Source: Camelus dromedarius
Taxonomy: Eukaryota
DNA: 64,000 bases
NCBI RefSeq assembly: GCF_036321535.1
Contig: NC_087437.1
Coordinates: forward strand, 79,672,001-79,736,000
Direction of reading: 5' to 3'
A program made the position numbers and the translations under genes. Positions 40,369-53,279 of the stretch are shown here, piece after piece. The stretch's first letter is position 1; every line of letters begins with the position of its first letter. The notes under the pieces are model-generated. The model searched no databases. It saw only the letters and a program-made list of their open reading frames with translations, and was not told where the DNA came from.

Positions 40369-41949
40369 ATATGAAATTAAAACATTTTTAATCCACTTTC
40401 ATGTAAGAAACCAGACAAAAATGTAGCCTTATACTAACGTAATTTAACTTTGTTCTGGAGTTCTTAGTCAATGTAACTCCATAATAAAGAGAAATAGGAA
40501 GAGTATTTAACACTGACCATGCTGACTGCCTTAAGAAGAGCATTAAGGTGGCTGACTATAAAATACATGTTAAGAAATCAATACTTGGTTTATTCTCCAT
40601 CAGGTAAGTGAGTACTGGGTGCTTGTGTGCCAAATACTCTGTTACTTAACGATGAAACAGTCAGGCTGTCAGACTCTCTTCTACAAGGAGCTTCTCCACA
40701 GCAGCGGTCATCTGCCGGGGATGCTCTGGAATCACCTGAGGAGGCTCCTGCCAAATACACAAGCATGAGCCACATCTCAGAACTACTGAATCACGGGCCT
40801 CTTTATTTTAGGAGAAAAAAATGTCCTTTCCAATTATTTTATATATAAAACTACTAATCTTAAGTAATTACAATACAGTGAGTTACAAATCATAAGTCAA
40901 GTAGAGTAGAAGAAAGGGCCCTTGCCCAAACCTCAAAAAATCAGGAAAGAATTCTTAATGAAAAGCAATGGTAAGCCAAAAACTGAATGGTGAATAAGAG
41001 ATTTTCAGATGAGTAAGTAGGTTTGGAAAGTTTGTTCCATAAGGGGAAAAAGGAAAAAAAAATCTTGTACAAAATCGCTAAGGCAACAGGGTGGTCTAAA
41101 AACATGGTTTTTTTTCTACATAGTGATCTTAACCCTTTGGAACATATAATGGTGGGGGAACAGTCAGAAATAACTAATGTTAGCAACATGTATTAACTTC
41201 CCAGGAAACCTGACCAAGAAATTTACAAATTTGTGTTTGAAAAGCCAGCAATGAATTATAGAAAAGTCTACTGTAAGATACTCAAAAGAATCATCAATCA
41301 AAGAAATGTATAGCATTCCTGAATGGAAATTCAATCACATAAAGATACAAATATTCTCAAAATTAGTGCACAGAAATTGTATACCTTGTATTTATGCTAT
41401 AGTTATTTCATTAGAATAGAGTCGTCAAAATATCTTAAGGTTCTTTCATTTGTACTCAGTTTCTAACCCACCAGGACTCACTCTAAGTTAAACTTGGATT
41501 TTAAATTTTCCATTATTTTTATTTTTATTTATTAAGAACAAAGCATACTCTTTCCAAAATGAAATAATCAGATACATCATGTGAATCTTAATATACAGTT
41601 AGAAGATAAAATATTAGAAGCAACTCTAAGGGGAAAATGTGAAAATATAAAAATAGATTTCTAACCAGAAATATCAAATTTGATTGATAAGAATAAATTT
41701 GAATTGACCCTGCTGTATTAGAAACTAAAGATAATCTGTGATTTTAAAAGCCACCCAGGACCTCTGACAATGGCTGAGTAGATTGTATTATACAAATTTG
41801 TAAGCTAGGTAAATTTTTAAAAGTAGAAAAGTAGACAAAATTTCTTTAAAAATGAACTCATTGCAAGAAAGTTTTATGTCAAAGATTTAAAAGAAGAGAC
41901 AAGGCAGGAGAGGTGACCTAGATCTAAGAAATAGACAACTCCCCAAGTA

Positions 41950-42720
41950 AATGAGATATTTTAGCAACACTCTGTCACTACTGATAGGATACAAAGGAAA
42001 AAAAGATGCATAATATTTGAACATAATGATTAACAAAATTGAGTCAACTGATAATTACAGAACGTGCAGACAGAAATAGCATAATACATGTTACTCAGCT
42101 TCACATTAAACATTTATCAAAGTTGGTCCTTTTTAGTGCCATACAGTAAGTCTCTAAAAAGGATTAAAATTATACAAATTATTTTCTTTGACCATAAAGC
42201 AATTAAGCTAGAAATCAGTAATAAAATGTTAATGAGAAGATATGCTTATATTTTGAAATTAAGCAGTACAATTCTAAATAACCTGAGGTCAAGAAATCAG
42301 AATGGGAGTTATAAAATATTTTGAATTAAATAATAGCAATTAGATTTTGCAAGGTCCAGCTATAAATTGGCTTAGAGAAAAATTTATAGATATAAACCCA
42401 TTAGAAAATAATAAGGCTGAAAAATTAATCCTCTAAGCAGGACTCTAAGATAGAAGAATAACAAGAAAAGGATGAAGAAAGTCAAAGAACGAAGGAGGAA
42501 AGAAAGAAGTAATTAAGAAAACAGAAAACAAATAAAGGTGATCTACATAGCCAGAAGTTATACTAACAAAACTGATACTCTCAGCAAAGACGATAAAAAA
42601 CAAAAAAACAAAAAAACAAAAAAAACCCTCGCAAAGAGCCAATATCAGCATTAAAGAGACATTACTAAAACCATAAAAATAAGAAAATGGCAATAATATT
42701 TTTAAAAACTTTAAAATGTC
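41950..42720 (+). mobile_element. Old L1 ORF2 fragment
   Basis: ttctttgaccataaagcaattaagctagaaatcagtaa (FFDHKAIKLEISN, L1 endonuclease C-terminal SDH region). Confidence 0.75.
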
Positions 42721-43344
42721 CTATTTGTTCCAGGTAAATAATTTAGCTGTGTAATTTGGACAGATTTCAGAAGTGATCTCACATAACTTCAGGTGAGTTA
42801 GGAAAATATTTATTAGCTCTTATTATGTATAGGTAGCATGATAAAGCTTGTGGGACACAAAGATGAAAGTATCATGGCCGATGGAATAATTACTCGTCAG
42901 TCATTTCGGAACAATCTGAAGTGCTGTCAGAATCATCAACCCAGAGTGATAAAGGAGTATGTTTAAGAGTAGTCAAACCAAGCCTAGGTTGTCAATAAAG
43001 GCTTTCTGGAAGAGGTAACAAAGTAAGCCCTGAAGAACCAGAGAAACCAACAATGAAGAAGTTCTAGGCAGGGACATGAGTGTAAGTCAATAGTCATGTA
43101 GGATGACTCAATTTCATTTTGGGGACAAAGCCCCAAGTTTGATCTTGGTAGATTACATGTTAAAACTTATAGCAGACAAAAAGGGCAGCTTAAAAGAAGT
43201 GGTTGCAAATGTCAAGAAATATGATGAAGATCCTGAATAACATTGTATTCTGTGCTAAAGTAGGTTGACACCATTCCAATAGAGATGGGTTGTCATGACA
43301 AATTTAGTGAAAGGGCAATGAACAACCAAGGTTTTACTAAGATT

Positions 43345-43501
43345 CATGCTTCTCAGTGTGATCTGCCCAACGTTACCAGCATCACATGTGAGCTTGTGAA
43401 TGCAGAAGTTTCAGCTCCATTCCACACCTACTGAATCCCAATCTGCATTTTAACAAGATCACCAGGTCATTTCTATGAACATGTAATTTTGAAAAACGCT
43501 G
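43345..43501. mobile_element. MER5A1-like hAT element
   Basis: cagcatcacatgtgagcttgt...cctactgaatc...tctgcattttaacaagatc...tttgaaaaacgctg. Confidence 0.8.
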
Positions 43502-43604
43502 AATCAGATCATTCAAAAGGGCACATTTTGTTCATTGATGGAGGCAAGATTCAAGTGAGAAGAGCAATTAGAAAGGTAATTAATACTGTAGATACAAGTA
43601 TACA

Positions 43605-44618
43605 AGATACAAGATCACCACACCTATTAGAATGGTCATCCTCAAAAGGCAGGAAGTAATAAGCGCTGGCAAAGATGTGTAGAAAAGGAAACTTTGTGCA
43701 GGAATGTAAACTGGTGTAACCACTATGGAAATCAGTATGGAGGGTCCTCAAAAAGTACAAATAGAGCTACCATATAATCCAGAAATTCCCACTTCTGGGT
43801 ATTTATCGGAAGAAAACAAAAATACTAAGTCAGAAGGATATATGCAGCCCCTTGTTCACTGCAGCATTATTTTCAACAGACAAGACATGGAAACAATCTA
43901 AGTGGTCATCAATGGATAAAGGAAAAAAACAAAAGATTTGGTGTATATACACACAATGTAAAATTATTCAGCCACAAAAAGGAATAAAATCTTGCCATTT
44001 GCAGCAACGTGGATGAAATTTGAGGGCATTATGCTGAATAAAGTAAGTCAGATAAAGACAAGTACCATATGATCTCACATGTGGAATTTCAAGACAAAAA
44101 ACTGAAAGCAAAAAACCAAGCCTGTAGATGAGGAAAACAGATTGGTGGTGGCCAGAGGCTGCTTAAGGAGTAGGAATGGGAGAAATGGGTGAAGTTGGTC
44201 AAAAGCTACAAATTACCACTTACAGAATAAGTAAGTTCTGGAGAAGTAATGTATAGCATGCTGACTATATTTAATAACATTGTACTTCATACTTGAAAGC
44301 TGCTTTGAGAATAGTTTTTTTTTTTAATAGTACAGCCAATTACAATGTGTCAGCTTCTGGTGCACAGCACAATGTCCCAGTCATGCATATATATACATAT
44401 ATTTGGTTTTTTTTCCATTAAAAGTTATTACAAGATATTGAATATAGTTCCCTGTGATCTTAAAAGTCCTCATCACAGGAAAAAAAATTATTTCTAACTG
44501 TGTATGATGACAGATGTAAACTATGCTGATCATGTCACAATATATACAAATATCAAATCACTACGTTGTACACCTAAAATTAGTATGTTATGTCAGTTAC
44601 ACTCAATTTTTTAAAAAG
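43605..44618 (+). mobile_element. L1MA-like 3' end, host of a nested antisense L1 fragment
   Basis: cacacctattagaatgg through gttgtacacctaaaa...ctcaattttttaaaaa. Confidence 0.88.
44315..44456 (-). mobile_element. Young lineage-specific L1 3' terminal fragment (camelid-type)
   Basis: Poly-T then gtacagccaattacaatgtgtcag...gtcccagtcatgcatat...ttattacaagatattgaatatagttccctgtg; splits host motif gagaatag|atcttaaaag. Confidence 0.8.
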
Positions 44619-46224
44619 TTAACTAAAATACTGTAGCTATATGTTGAAAAGGATTTGTTAAGTCATGGAAGATAAAGAGGAGAGAAAATTTAAGAAATAA
44701 TTTAAAGGGAAAATAAAATGTTTATTTGCTGAGTTAATTTGAGGATTAAGGAAGCAGAGGAAAGTCAAAAATTATGCCCAGTCTAATAGTTTGAGTGCAA
44801 AGACAGGTGACAAATATACTATAAGGAGAAGGTACAGAAAATTCCTCACTGTACAGGGAATAAAGCTGAGTAATATTACTTTAAATAAAGCAATGATAAG
44901 GCAGAAAATCTTTGTAAATTATAAATCACTGATTTTATGGTATTTGGCAGTTTATAAAGCTCTCCCTCATTTGTGCAATCTTTCATCTACTGAATCATAG
45001 TATTAATATGAATTTACCTCTTTGAAAGATTCAAATTTCATAAAATACTTATTTTCCTTGAAATTTAAAACTAGATTACTATCAAGTCATGAAGTTGGGG
45101 TTAGGGAAACATAACTAATGTTTAGGTTCTTGAATTATGTTCTTTCATGCCCTGTACCTGTGACTACTTTTCAAGAAATAGCAGACACATTTCAATTTTT
45201 TTTAGTATTAAAACATTTCTAGGAGAAACTGACCAAGTTTTCATCTTTTATAATGCCACTCTGAGGAGCTGTTCTGCAAGCTATGCTCATATAAGCTATC
45301 TTTCAGCAAGTCTTCACTTCATCATTGCTAATGCACCAATATTGCTCTGCTGATAACGGCCTTTTTGTTTTTTAACTGAGGCAGCCCAAGAGATCCAGCA
45401 GAAAATGTACAAAACATTATTGCTATAATGTTGATGATACAAAGTACAAAATGGGCACATGTTACAGGGTTTGCTCAACAGGTGTAAATTATGGATCTTG
45501 TTACCAAATGGAAATAAATGGAGATAGACAATCAACTTCCAGTTATTTGACTCCATAAGAAATTACTCAAGTGGCTGTCACTCAAGTGGATACACTGAAA
45601 GTTCCTTGTGCAAAGGAAAATGAAGAGTCAAACATATATTGAGACGGAAATAGGTAAGTTACTGCCTGGGAACATCAAGACTTCATCATTCATCAACGAT
45701 CAATATAGATTAGAGATGTCTTGATACATCTAAGAGCACATTGACACTGTATTTTCTATGTGCCAGAAACACTGCCCTGCTAAATTTCTCTTACTATCCT
45801 TTAAAATGTCTAGCGTTGTTTTGATTTGCTGTTGACTTATACTTCATATTAAATTATCATCATATAATTTGTCACCCCTTTTCACTGGATCTATGTTATA
45901 AGGAACAGTTTTTGTTTTCAAACTGAAAGCTAAAATAAAATTTAATATGTTCATTTATGTTGAAATCTACCTCTCCATAATATACCTTGATTGGGAACTT
46001 TCTACAAGGTATGTTATTACTGATATGTGAGAACAGGAATATAAAAAACAAATTCCACCCTAAATGAAGCAAAATTCAATATGGCCACATGAGGAATAGT
46101 AATAAGCAGCCAATAATATAATGAAGGAGTACAATCTGAAAACAGAAGACAGCTTGGATTCAACAGCAAAATACATTTAGAAGCCTCTAAGAATTTGACA
46201 TTTATACTCAATAACATTTCTGTT

Positions 46225-46230
46225 TTTATT
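46225..46230 (-). promoter_or_regulatory. Polyadenylation signal AATAAA of the minus-strand gene
   Basis: tttatt on + strand, 7 nt downstream of the TAG at 46238-46240. Confidence 0.5.
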
Positions 46231-46237
46231 GGCTTCT

Positions 46238-46266
46238 CTATTTCTTCAGTAACAGGTTTATAAAAT
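46238..46266 (-). CDS. Candidate terminal coding exon, (Y)FINLLLKK*
   Basis: Acceptor tttatttaactcatttgcacag; phase-1 entry fits a weak CAT|gtgaaa donor at 46437; stop followed by AATAAA. Confidence 0.4.
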
Positions 46267-46362
46267 CTGTGCAAATGAGTTAAATAAAGCAATGAATTTG
46301 AGATGCTTTATAAAGGTAATTCAAAGTCTAAATCCATTCATAAGGAGAATTAAGGGGGAAAG

Positions 46363-46484
46363 TTATGTAACTGCTATTTTAGCCTTGGGTGGCTTGTATA
46401 TTTCCATGAACATAGACATGAATATTTTATTTTCACATGGGTCAACTTTCCGGTATGGTCTCCTTTCTGTAGCAGCAACTGGTG
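46363..46484 (-). CDS. Candidate exon (A)PVAATERRPYRKVDP[CENKIFMSMFMEIYKPPKAKIAVT*]
   Basis: Acceptor aaattttcaatag; phase-1 entry matches upstream exon; open to TAA at 46363-46365, or spliced out at 46437. Confidence 0.55.
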
Positions 46485-49400
46485 CTATTGAAAATTTACA
46501 CACAATTTAAGTTAGGCCAATGAAGCATTTTTTTTTCATTTGCTTTAACAAGCTTATGTAATAAACAAATGGAAGTAAGCTTCCAAAAGCCTATGCAATT
46601 GGATGCAAGTTGCCAATGGTGGAGTGCCATTTATTGGAGTATTTCCTTTCCTTCTCTGCTGTTCTTTCAAAGAGAATCATATTTCTGAGACTCCATTCAA
46701 ATTATAGTCATTAAAACACAAAGTACATATCGTCTATCAGGTTACACAAGTATTCACCGCATTTACAGAAACACAAATGTGTTTTGAACATTTCTAATGA
46801 AGGTAAGTCTTTTAAATATAATTCTAGTTCATTTAAAATAATACCTATTTTAATACCTGGATTACTTTCTATTGTTTGCCTTTTACAACTTTAAAAAGAA
46901 GAACAGAAAACCAACTTGCCAATCAAGAAGTCAAAAGAATAAATAAATCAGTTTTTTTCCCCAAGTTTTATGACTTCTTAGAAATAGCCTGGTGCATGGT
47001 TTTTGTTTCTGCTTCAGCATAAAGATCAACATCTTACGTATAGAAACCACATCAGAGGTGATTTCTCTCTGTGATGCTTTGTATTACTTATTTACTGTTT
47101 AAAATGTTTTTCTCTTCTCAAAAGCAATAGCCTTCAATTTAAAATCCATGCAGATTCTATTCCTAAAGGAGATTCATAGACTGTGTCTACATATAGCAAA
47201 ATTGGTTGAAAAGCAAAGTCTATCATGAAGCCATTTGACAGCCAAAGGGCAAAATAGCCGTAAACGTTTGTCCATTTGGAATATCCAGACCCATTCTTCT
47301 ATGTCACATTTTCTTTCCTCGTTTTTTTTTTTTTTTTTTGTAAAACAGAGCAGAAATAAGTAAAATAAATGAATATTTAAAATAATGATCTCATTCCAAA
47401 GTCATATCTTGCTACAGTTTAGCCATTTGATTTTTTTGCATTGGTTTCCTTAATGAGACAAATTACATATGCTCTCATCTCCAGAGAGGGTTATCTAACT
47501 TACTTTTCCTAAAACCTTGAAACTTTTATTAAAGAGCAAGAAGAATTTGCATTGTGCAAAACGTTTTCCTTGCAAATAGTATCTGTTGAAGCAGTATTTG
47601 AGGTGAATTATCAAAGGTTATTATATCATCAATGGTTATTATAATCAAGATTTCAATCCTACTGAAAACCATCAGAATTGACTTTTGTATGAATGGATTT
47701 ATCAAATTAGTCAACTAGGTATATTGGAATAAAAAGACCCAAAATAGCGTAAGTTAAATTCAAAAATCATTTATTTAAAAATTAAATAAATTTGGATATG
47801 CTATGGGAAAGAAAAGAAAGTCACCAAGTTTTAATTCTGCCCTTATGGATTCTATATCCTAGTTGGAGAGTTTTATTTAGTAAAGTTCTTTGAAATATTT
47901 TGGGATTGAGAGACAAATTCTATTTTTGTGATTCTTGTAATTTAGTTCAAAATCTAGAGGTAAATCTTCAGCCAACCACTGAGCTAACGATTATATTCTG
48001 GTATAAATATGTCTCAAAGATATTCTATCCTTAAAGCACATTTTTAGTGATTTGTAGCTTTTATATTTAACTTATTGTTCAAAAATAGTACACTTATGAT
48101 TAACGTTATCTATGATGTATGCTAATTGAGTAATCACACATATTTGCTAAGATTTTTGGTAAAATGACTTGGTATGTTTGACTTTACTATTTGAAAATTA
48201 AGACTTCCTGTCTAAGTCTAATATACTTGTTTGAATGTAACCCTGGTGATTTGGCCATGATTTTAAATGCCTTCATATGTACATTGAATAGACACTCTCA
48301 TTTGCAATAAATCCTTTCTAGCTCATATTGCCATTAGTAACAGACTGAATGGTATGTTTTTATTTCCGTATAAACATAGATTAAAAGACGGTTTTCGTCT
48401 TGAGTGACTTGGCTTTTTCCTATGTAACAGGTAATAGTAAAAAGAGTATGAGCTTAGCGATCAGTTAGATTTGAGATCAGTAACACCTTCACATCTCCTC
48501 TGGCTCTTTAAGCCTTGAACTTAAGTTCCTAAGTTATGTTTACAAACACCTACAAAATTAGACCTAAAGAGAGCATTATTTTGAGAAGTAAATATTAAAC
48601 TCTATTTAAAATGTTTGCTATGATTTCACCAGGTGAAAATATAAACTGTGACTGTTTTCTTCTTTTTTACCAAAGAACACTGGAATTTTAATGAGAAGTG
48701 TTTTGATTCAGAACACGTTCCAGGGTTATTTCCACATGTACTACAAATACTTTTTAAGTTGACCACACCAGTCCCCAGGGCAGATGTCTTCTGTTCCCTC
48801 CTATGCACGTTCTTCCCCTGTCTCCCCTACGGTTACCCTCCCCAGTCACAGGGAGCTGGGCACAGCGTCTCCTGGGGGACTGACTGAATGTTGACAAGTG
48901 AATGCAAGGCTGGCGGGAGGAAGTAAAACACTTGATGCCAAATCGCACCTCCACTAGTACACTATTTATTTACGTGGTTTGGCAGTGGTGGGGGGAGGAC
49001 AGAAACACTTGTTTTAGCCAAGTAAGTAGTTTAAAATGGGATTTTTCAAAATAAGTATTTATTAGCTGTCATATTGGTTACACTGAACAAAGTTTGGGTT
49101 TGAAATTTTTTAAGTAACTGCATTCATTCTTGAAGGACCTAGACAAGTTATTACAAAATATATTTCTGGAAAAGTGAAGAAAATACCTATTTTAAAGTCT
49201 ATTAGAAAAATACATAGCTGAGATGAGACACCTGCAGAACCTGAAGCCTCTAAATTTGAAGACAAGTAATATCAGCATTACTCTTTTTAAAAGAGCTTCA
49301 AGAACTACATGAGGTTCTCAGAGAAAGATCCAACACAAGATCTGAATTGCTCCCTGGCAAGTGGGAATATGCAACTTTCTTGCAACTCTGAAATGGCGTG

Positions 49401-50446
49401 GCTTAAGATAAATGAGAAATGTTAACTGTATGCCATGATGTCCCAAGTACCCTATGGCCTGAGACCCCTCCCCCAATATATAAAGTGCAGAGTCAAAGGC
49501 AGGATAAAACTCAGGCGCTTAGAGCAGACTTTAAAAGTAAGTGTGGAATAGGAGGTATTAGCTTCATAGGCCTGATGTTACTCACTCTCGCTTAAACATC
49601 ATCTCTTACAGCCTAGCAAGTCAAATTCAAAAATCAAAGGAAATCACAGAGAGTACCTCAAAATGGGTCAAAGACCTAACTGTAAATGCAAAACTATAAA
49701 ACTCCTAGAAGAAACTCACACAGGATAAAATCTGGAGGACCTTAGGCATAGAAATGACTTTCTAGATACGTGGCACGATCCATGAGAGAACAGGCTTTCT
49801 TCACATGAAAGTCTTGTGCTCTGCAAAAGACACTGTCAAGAGGATTAAAAGACAAGCCACAAAAAGAAAATGTTTGTAAAAAGTCCTATCTGATAAAAGA
49901 CTATTACCCAAAATATACAAGAAACTCTTAAACAATAAGAAAGGAAACAACCCAATTTAAAAATGGGCAAAAGAGCTGAACAGAAACCTCAGACAAGATA
50001 CGCAGATGTCAAAAATAAACACAGGAAAAGACACCCCACATCGTGTGTCTTCAGGGAAGTTAAACCCACAATGAAGTACCACTGCACACCTCTTAGAATG
50101 GCCAAAACCCAAAACACTGACATCAAATCCTGGTGAGGATATAGAACAACATGACCTCTCATTTATTACTGATGGGAATACAGAATGGTATAGCCACTTT
50201 GGAAGACAGTTTGGCAGTATTTTGCAGAACTAAACATACAATTACCATTTGATACATCGATTTCACACCTTACTATTTACCCAAAGGAGTTGAAAATTTT
50301 TACCTACAGAAAAACTCTCACATGGATATTTATAGCAGCAGCTTTATTTATCATTGCCACAATTGGGAAGCAACCAAGACGTCAGTGAGCAAGTGAACAG
50401 AAACTGAATGGCTGTGGTACATCCAATGGAATATTATTCAATGGGA

Positions 50447-50508
50447 AGACAAGAAAGAAAAGAAAGAAGAGAAAGAGAGGAAGGAAGGAAGGAAGGAAGG
50501 AAGGAAGA
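50447..50508 (+). repeat. (GGAA)n/(GAAA)n purine tract, left part
   Basis: Seen directly. Confidence 0.95.
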
Positions 50509-50734
50509 CGTCAAACTATCAACCCGCACGGCAGGTGTCCCTCTTCTTGCTCCGGGCCCATCCATTGAGGGGGTTTCTATACCGGAACTTTACCAGGCAT
50601 CTGGTTCTTACTTCAGGACCATCTCACCTAAAATCGCCCACACTTTCCTCTTAAATAAGACATCTCAATGGACTAATGACTAATCAGCCCATCCTCACAC
50701 ATAACTGTGGTGTCATGCTTTTGGTATTTTTATA
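50509..50734 (+). pseudogene. NUMT: mitochondrial control region (D-loop) central conserved domain
   Basis: Conserved mammalian D-loop blocks in order: atcaacccgc, ccctcttct(t)gctccgggcccat, ggcatctggttcttacttcagg, aaatcgcccac, cttaaataagacatctc(a)atggactaatgactaatcagcccat, cacacataactgtggtgtcat, ttggtattttt. Confidence 0.95.
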
Positions 50735-50862
50735 AAGGAAAGAAAGGAAAGGAAGGAAGGAAAGGAAGGGAAGGAAAGGAAAGAATGGAAAGGAAGGAAA
50801 GGAGGAAAGAAGGAAAGGAAAGAAAGAGAAGAGAGAAGGAAGGAAGGAAGAAAGCAAGAAAG
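50735..50862 (+). repeat. (GGAA)n/(GGAAA)n purine tract, right part
   Basis: Seen directly. Confidence 0.95.
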
Positions 50863-51629
50863 GTAGAAACAATCAAGTTATAAAAAGACAGAGGAAACGT
50901 AAATGTGTATCAATAAATGAAAGAAGCCAATATGAAAAGGCTACATGCCAAAACGATTCCAACTATTTGACTTTCTGGAAAACACAAAACTATGGAAAAG
51001 GTAAAAATATCACAGGTTGCCAAGGGTTAGGGAAGGGAGGGGGCAGTAACAGGTGAAACAAAGGGCTTTCAGTGAAACTATTCCGTATAACACGGTAATG
51101 GAGATACATATTACACATTATTCCAAAGCCATGGAGTGTACAACATTAAGACTGTACTCAAATATAAACTGTGAACCCTCAGTAATAACGATGTGTCAAT
51201 GTCAGTTCATCAATTGAAACTCATGTACCACTCTGGTGAACGGGGCTGATAATGGAGGAAGCAGTTTATGTGTGGAGAAAGGGATATACAGAAAGCTATC
51301 CTTTGCTCAATTTTGCTGTGAACCTAAAACTGCTCTAAAAAATAAAGTCTTCTGAAAAAAATCAAAAGGAAATCAAATGCAAAAAACATATTAAACCAAT
51401 GGTAGGAACATAATGTGTCTTGTGAGTCTTTCCATTAACTACATACTTAGGCTGCACTGACACTGAATCAGAGGTCCTGTAACAAGCAGATTGGTTTGAT
51501 TGGAGTGGAATCAACATAAAGATCCTTGACTGAATAAAATAATAAAATAAAATAGAAACACTTTGTCCCAACAAACTATGATAAAGAAGGAACTAATTTT
51601 TTTCTTTCTTTCTCTCTCTCTACCTCCTC

Positions 51630-51855
51630 ACCCACCCATCTATCTTTTTACCTACCTATCATTCGTCCAACCACCCACCCTTCAATCCATCCATCTATGA
51701 ACCCATGTCCCTATCCACCCACCTACCTATCTATCCATCCATCCATCCATCCATCCACCCATCTATCAGCCTTTTTACCTACTTATCCATTCATCCAGCC
51801 ACTCACCCTTCAATCCATCCATCTATGAAACCACGTCCCTTTCCACCCACCCATC
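51630..51855 (+). repeat. (CCAT)n/(CCAC)n compound microsatellite
   Basis: Seen directly; includes a duplicated ~85 bp block. Confidence 0.9.
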
Positions 51856-53279
51856 TTTCTTTTTCTCTCTCGGAACTTATTAAATTTTGATGTGCAAATG
51901 GTTGCTGACCTATCCATGTTTTGATGTATCAAATATTTTGTACCATCCAACAGGAAACCAATCAATAACTAAAATATATAATAGTGAGGAAAGCCGAGAG
52001 AAACTAGGAAAAAACAGTTACTCATAGCAGCTTTGGAAATAGTGAAACCAGTAAGCAAGGAGGAAGGAGTCTTTGATAAAAGAGCTTTTGGCATGAACTT
52101 GTAATAAGATCTGGCTCACATGGTCATCCCAATGCTTTTTTAGAGGACTTGGAGAAAATCTTGCTCAACTTTGATATTACTCAACTGAGAATTTTAGTTT
52201 TGAGTGCTGACCCACTGTTACGTGAAGTCTTTGGCATTCTATCTATTAATAATCTGAATGCAGTATCTTCTTAGGTTCAGTAAAAACCAGTCTGAGATAA
52301 ATGCAACAGGAGAAATTGTCCCTTCCCTTTCCCACAGTAATACAAAATGCAGCACTGAAACACTGGAAATGGTAAGGAGAGCAGCTAAGTCAATTTTATG
52401 ATAATCAAATTAAAGCCTCCTCCAGTGTGCCACCAACCCAGAGTATGGTAGATACAACTGTGATTATTCAAGGACTCTACCAACTTGTATGCCTTTTCTT
52501 ATGCTGCCCCTGAGAGGACCAGAGAGCATGAATACCGTACTGCCAGATCCATTTATGATCTCACATTGGGACCATGGCTGGTTAAAAAAGAAAAAAAAGA
52601 GAAAAAAAAAACTCAGAAAAAGAGTACATAGAAAGAAAAGAGAACTTCTCACCCTAATGTTAATAATGGGAAAGAGATTACATTTTTGTAAGAAAATTAA
52701 TGGAGTTCCTACCAAAGTCTTGGTGGTAGCCCAATATTAAAGTAGGTAAGAGAAAAAATACCTACTTCATCTGTCATTAGTCCTAAAGGACACTACCCAT
52801 ATGTCAATCCTAGTGTAAATAATTCTAAGACATGCAAATTAGAAGAAGAGTTAGTAAAGACCATTCTAAAACATGGTACAGACTTCACTTCATTCATAAA
52901 ATAAGTTCTTAACTGGAGGCCAGGAGCTTTTGCTATATTCCTAGCAGAAAACTGAAGTTTGCATGCCTCTCTTGGAGTTAAGTAAAATGAAGGTAAGGAA
53001 AGGTTATTCCTTGGTTTGTTAATAAAGGAACTAACTACATACAATCTTATCTCTACTAATGACCCTGAGGGCACACACCCCAAGTGAAACTGAGCAGTTA
53101 TGTAGACACAGAAGTAAAGGCTAACAACAGAGTGAGCACCAGGAAACAAGAAAATACACACATCCTTGATTAAGATCACCCTTACCTCTGTATAATGGAT
53201 GTGTGAGGGATGGAGAAGTCAATAATTGGCTTGAGGTCAAACATGAGAAAACCTACTTGGTTAATTATTTTTTGGAAAC

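Larger units (their letters stand above)
49660..51360 (+). mobile_element. L1MC-like 3' part interrupted by a purine tract and NUMT
   Basis: aaaactataaaactcctagaagaa...atggaatattattca | gaggaaacgtaaatgt...gtgaacctaaaactgctctaaaaaataaagtct. Confidence 0.88.

Noticed and set aside
45565..45590. Direct repeat actcaagtgg twice (NKX2-type motif)
   Set aside because: Too short to distinguish from chance without conservation or ChIP data
46017..46510. 91 aa minus and 72 aa plus ORFs
   Set aside because: They overlap the candidate terminal exons in other frames or strand and are better explained by the spliced model
50408..50872. 91 aa and 62 aa ORFs around the NUMT
   Set aside because: Read through L1 3'UTR, (GGAA)n and non-coding D-loop sequence; low-complexity artefacts
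52464..52740. Lys-rich and Phe-rich ORFs
   Set aside because: Produced by an A-rich low-complexity tract
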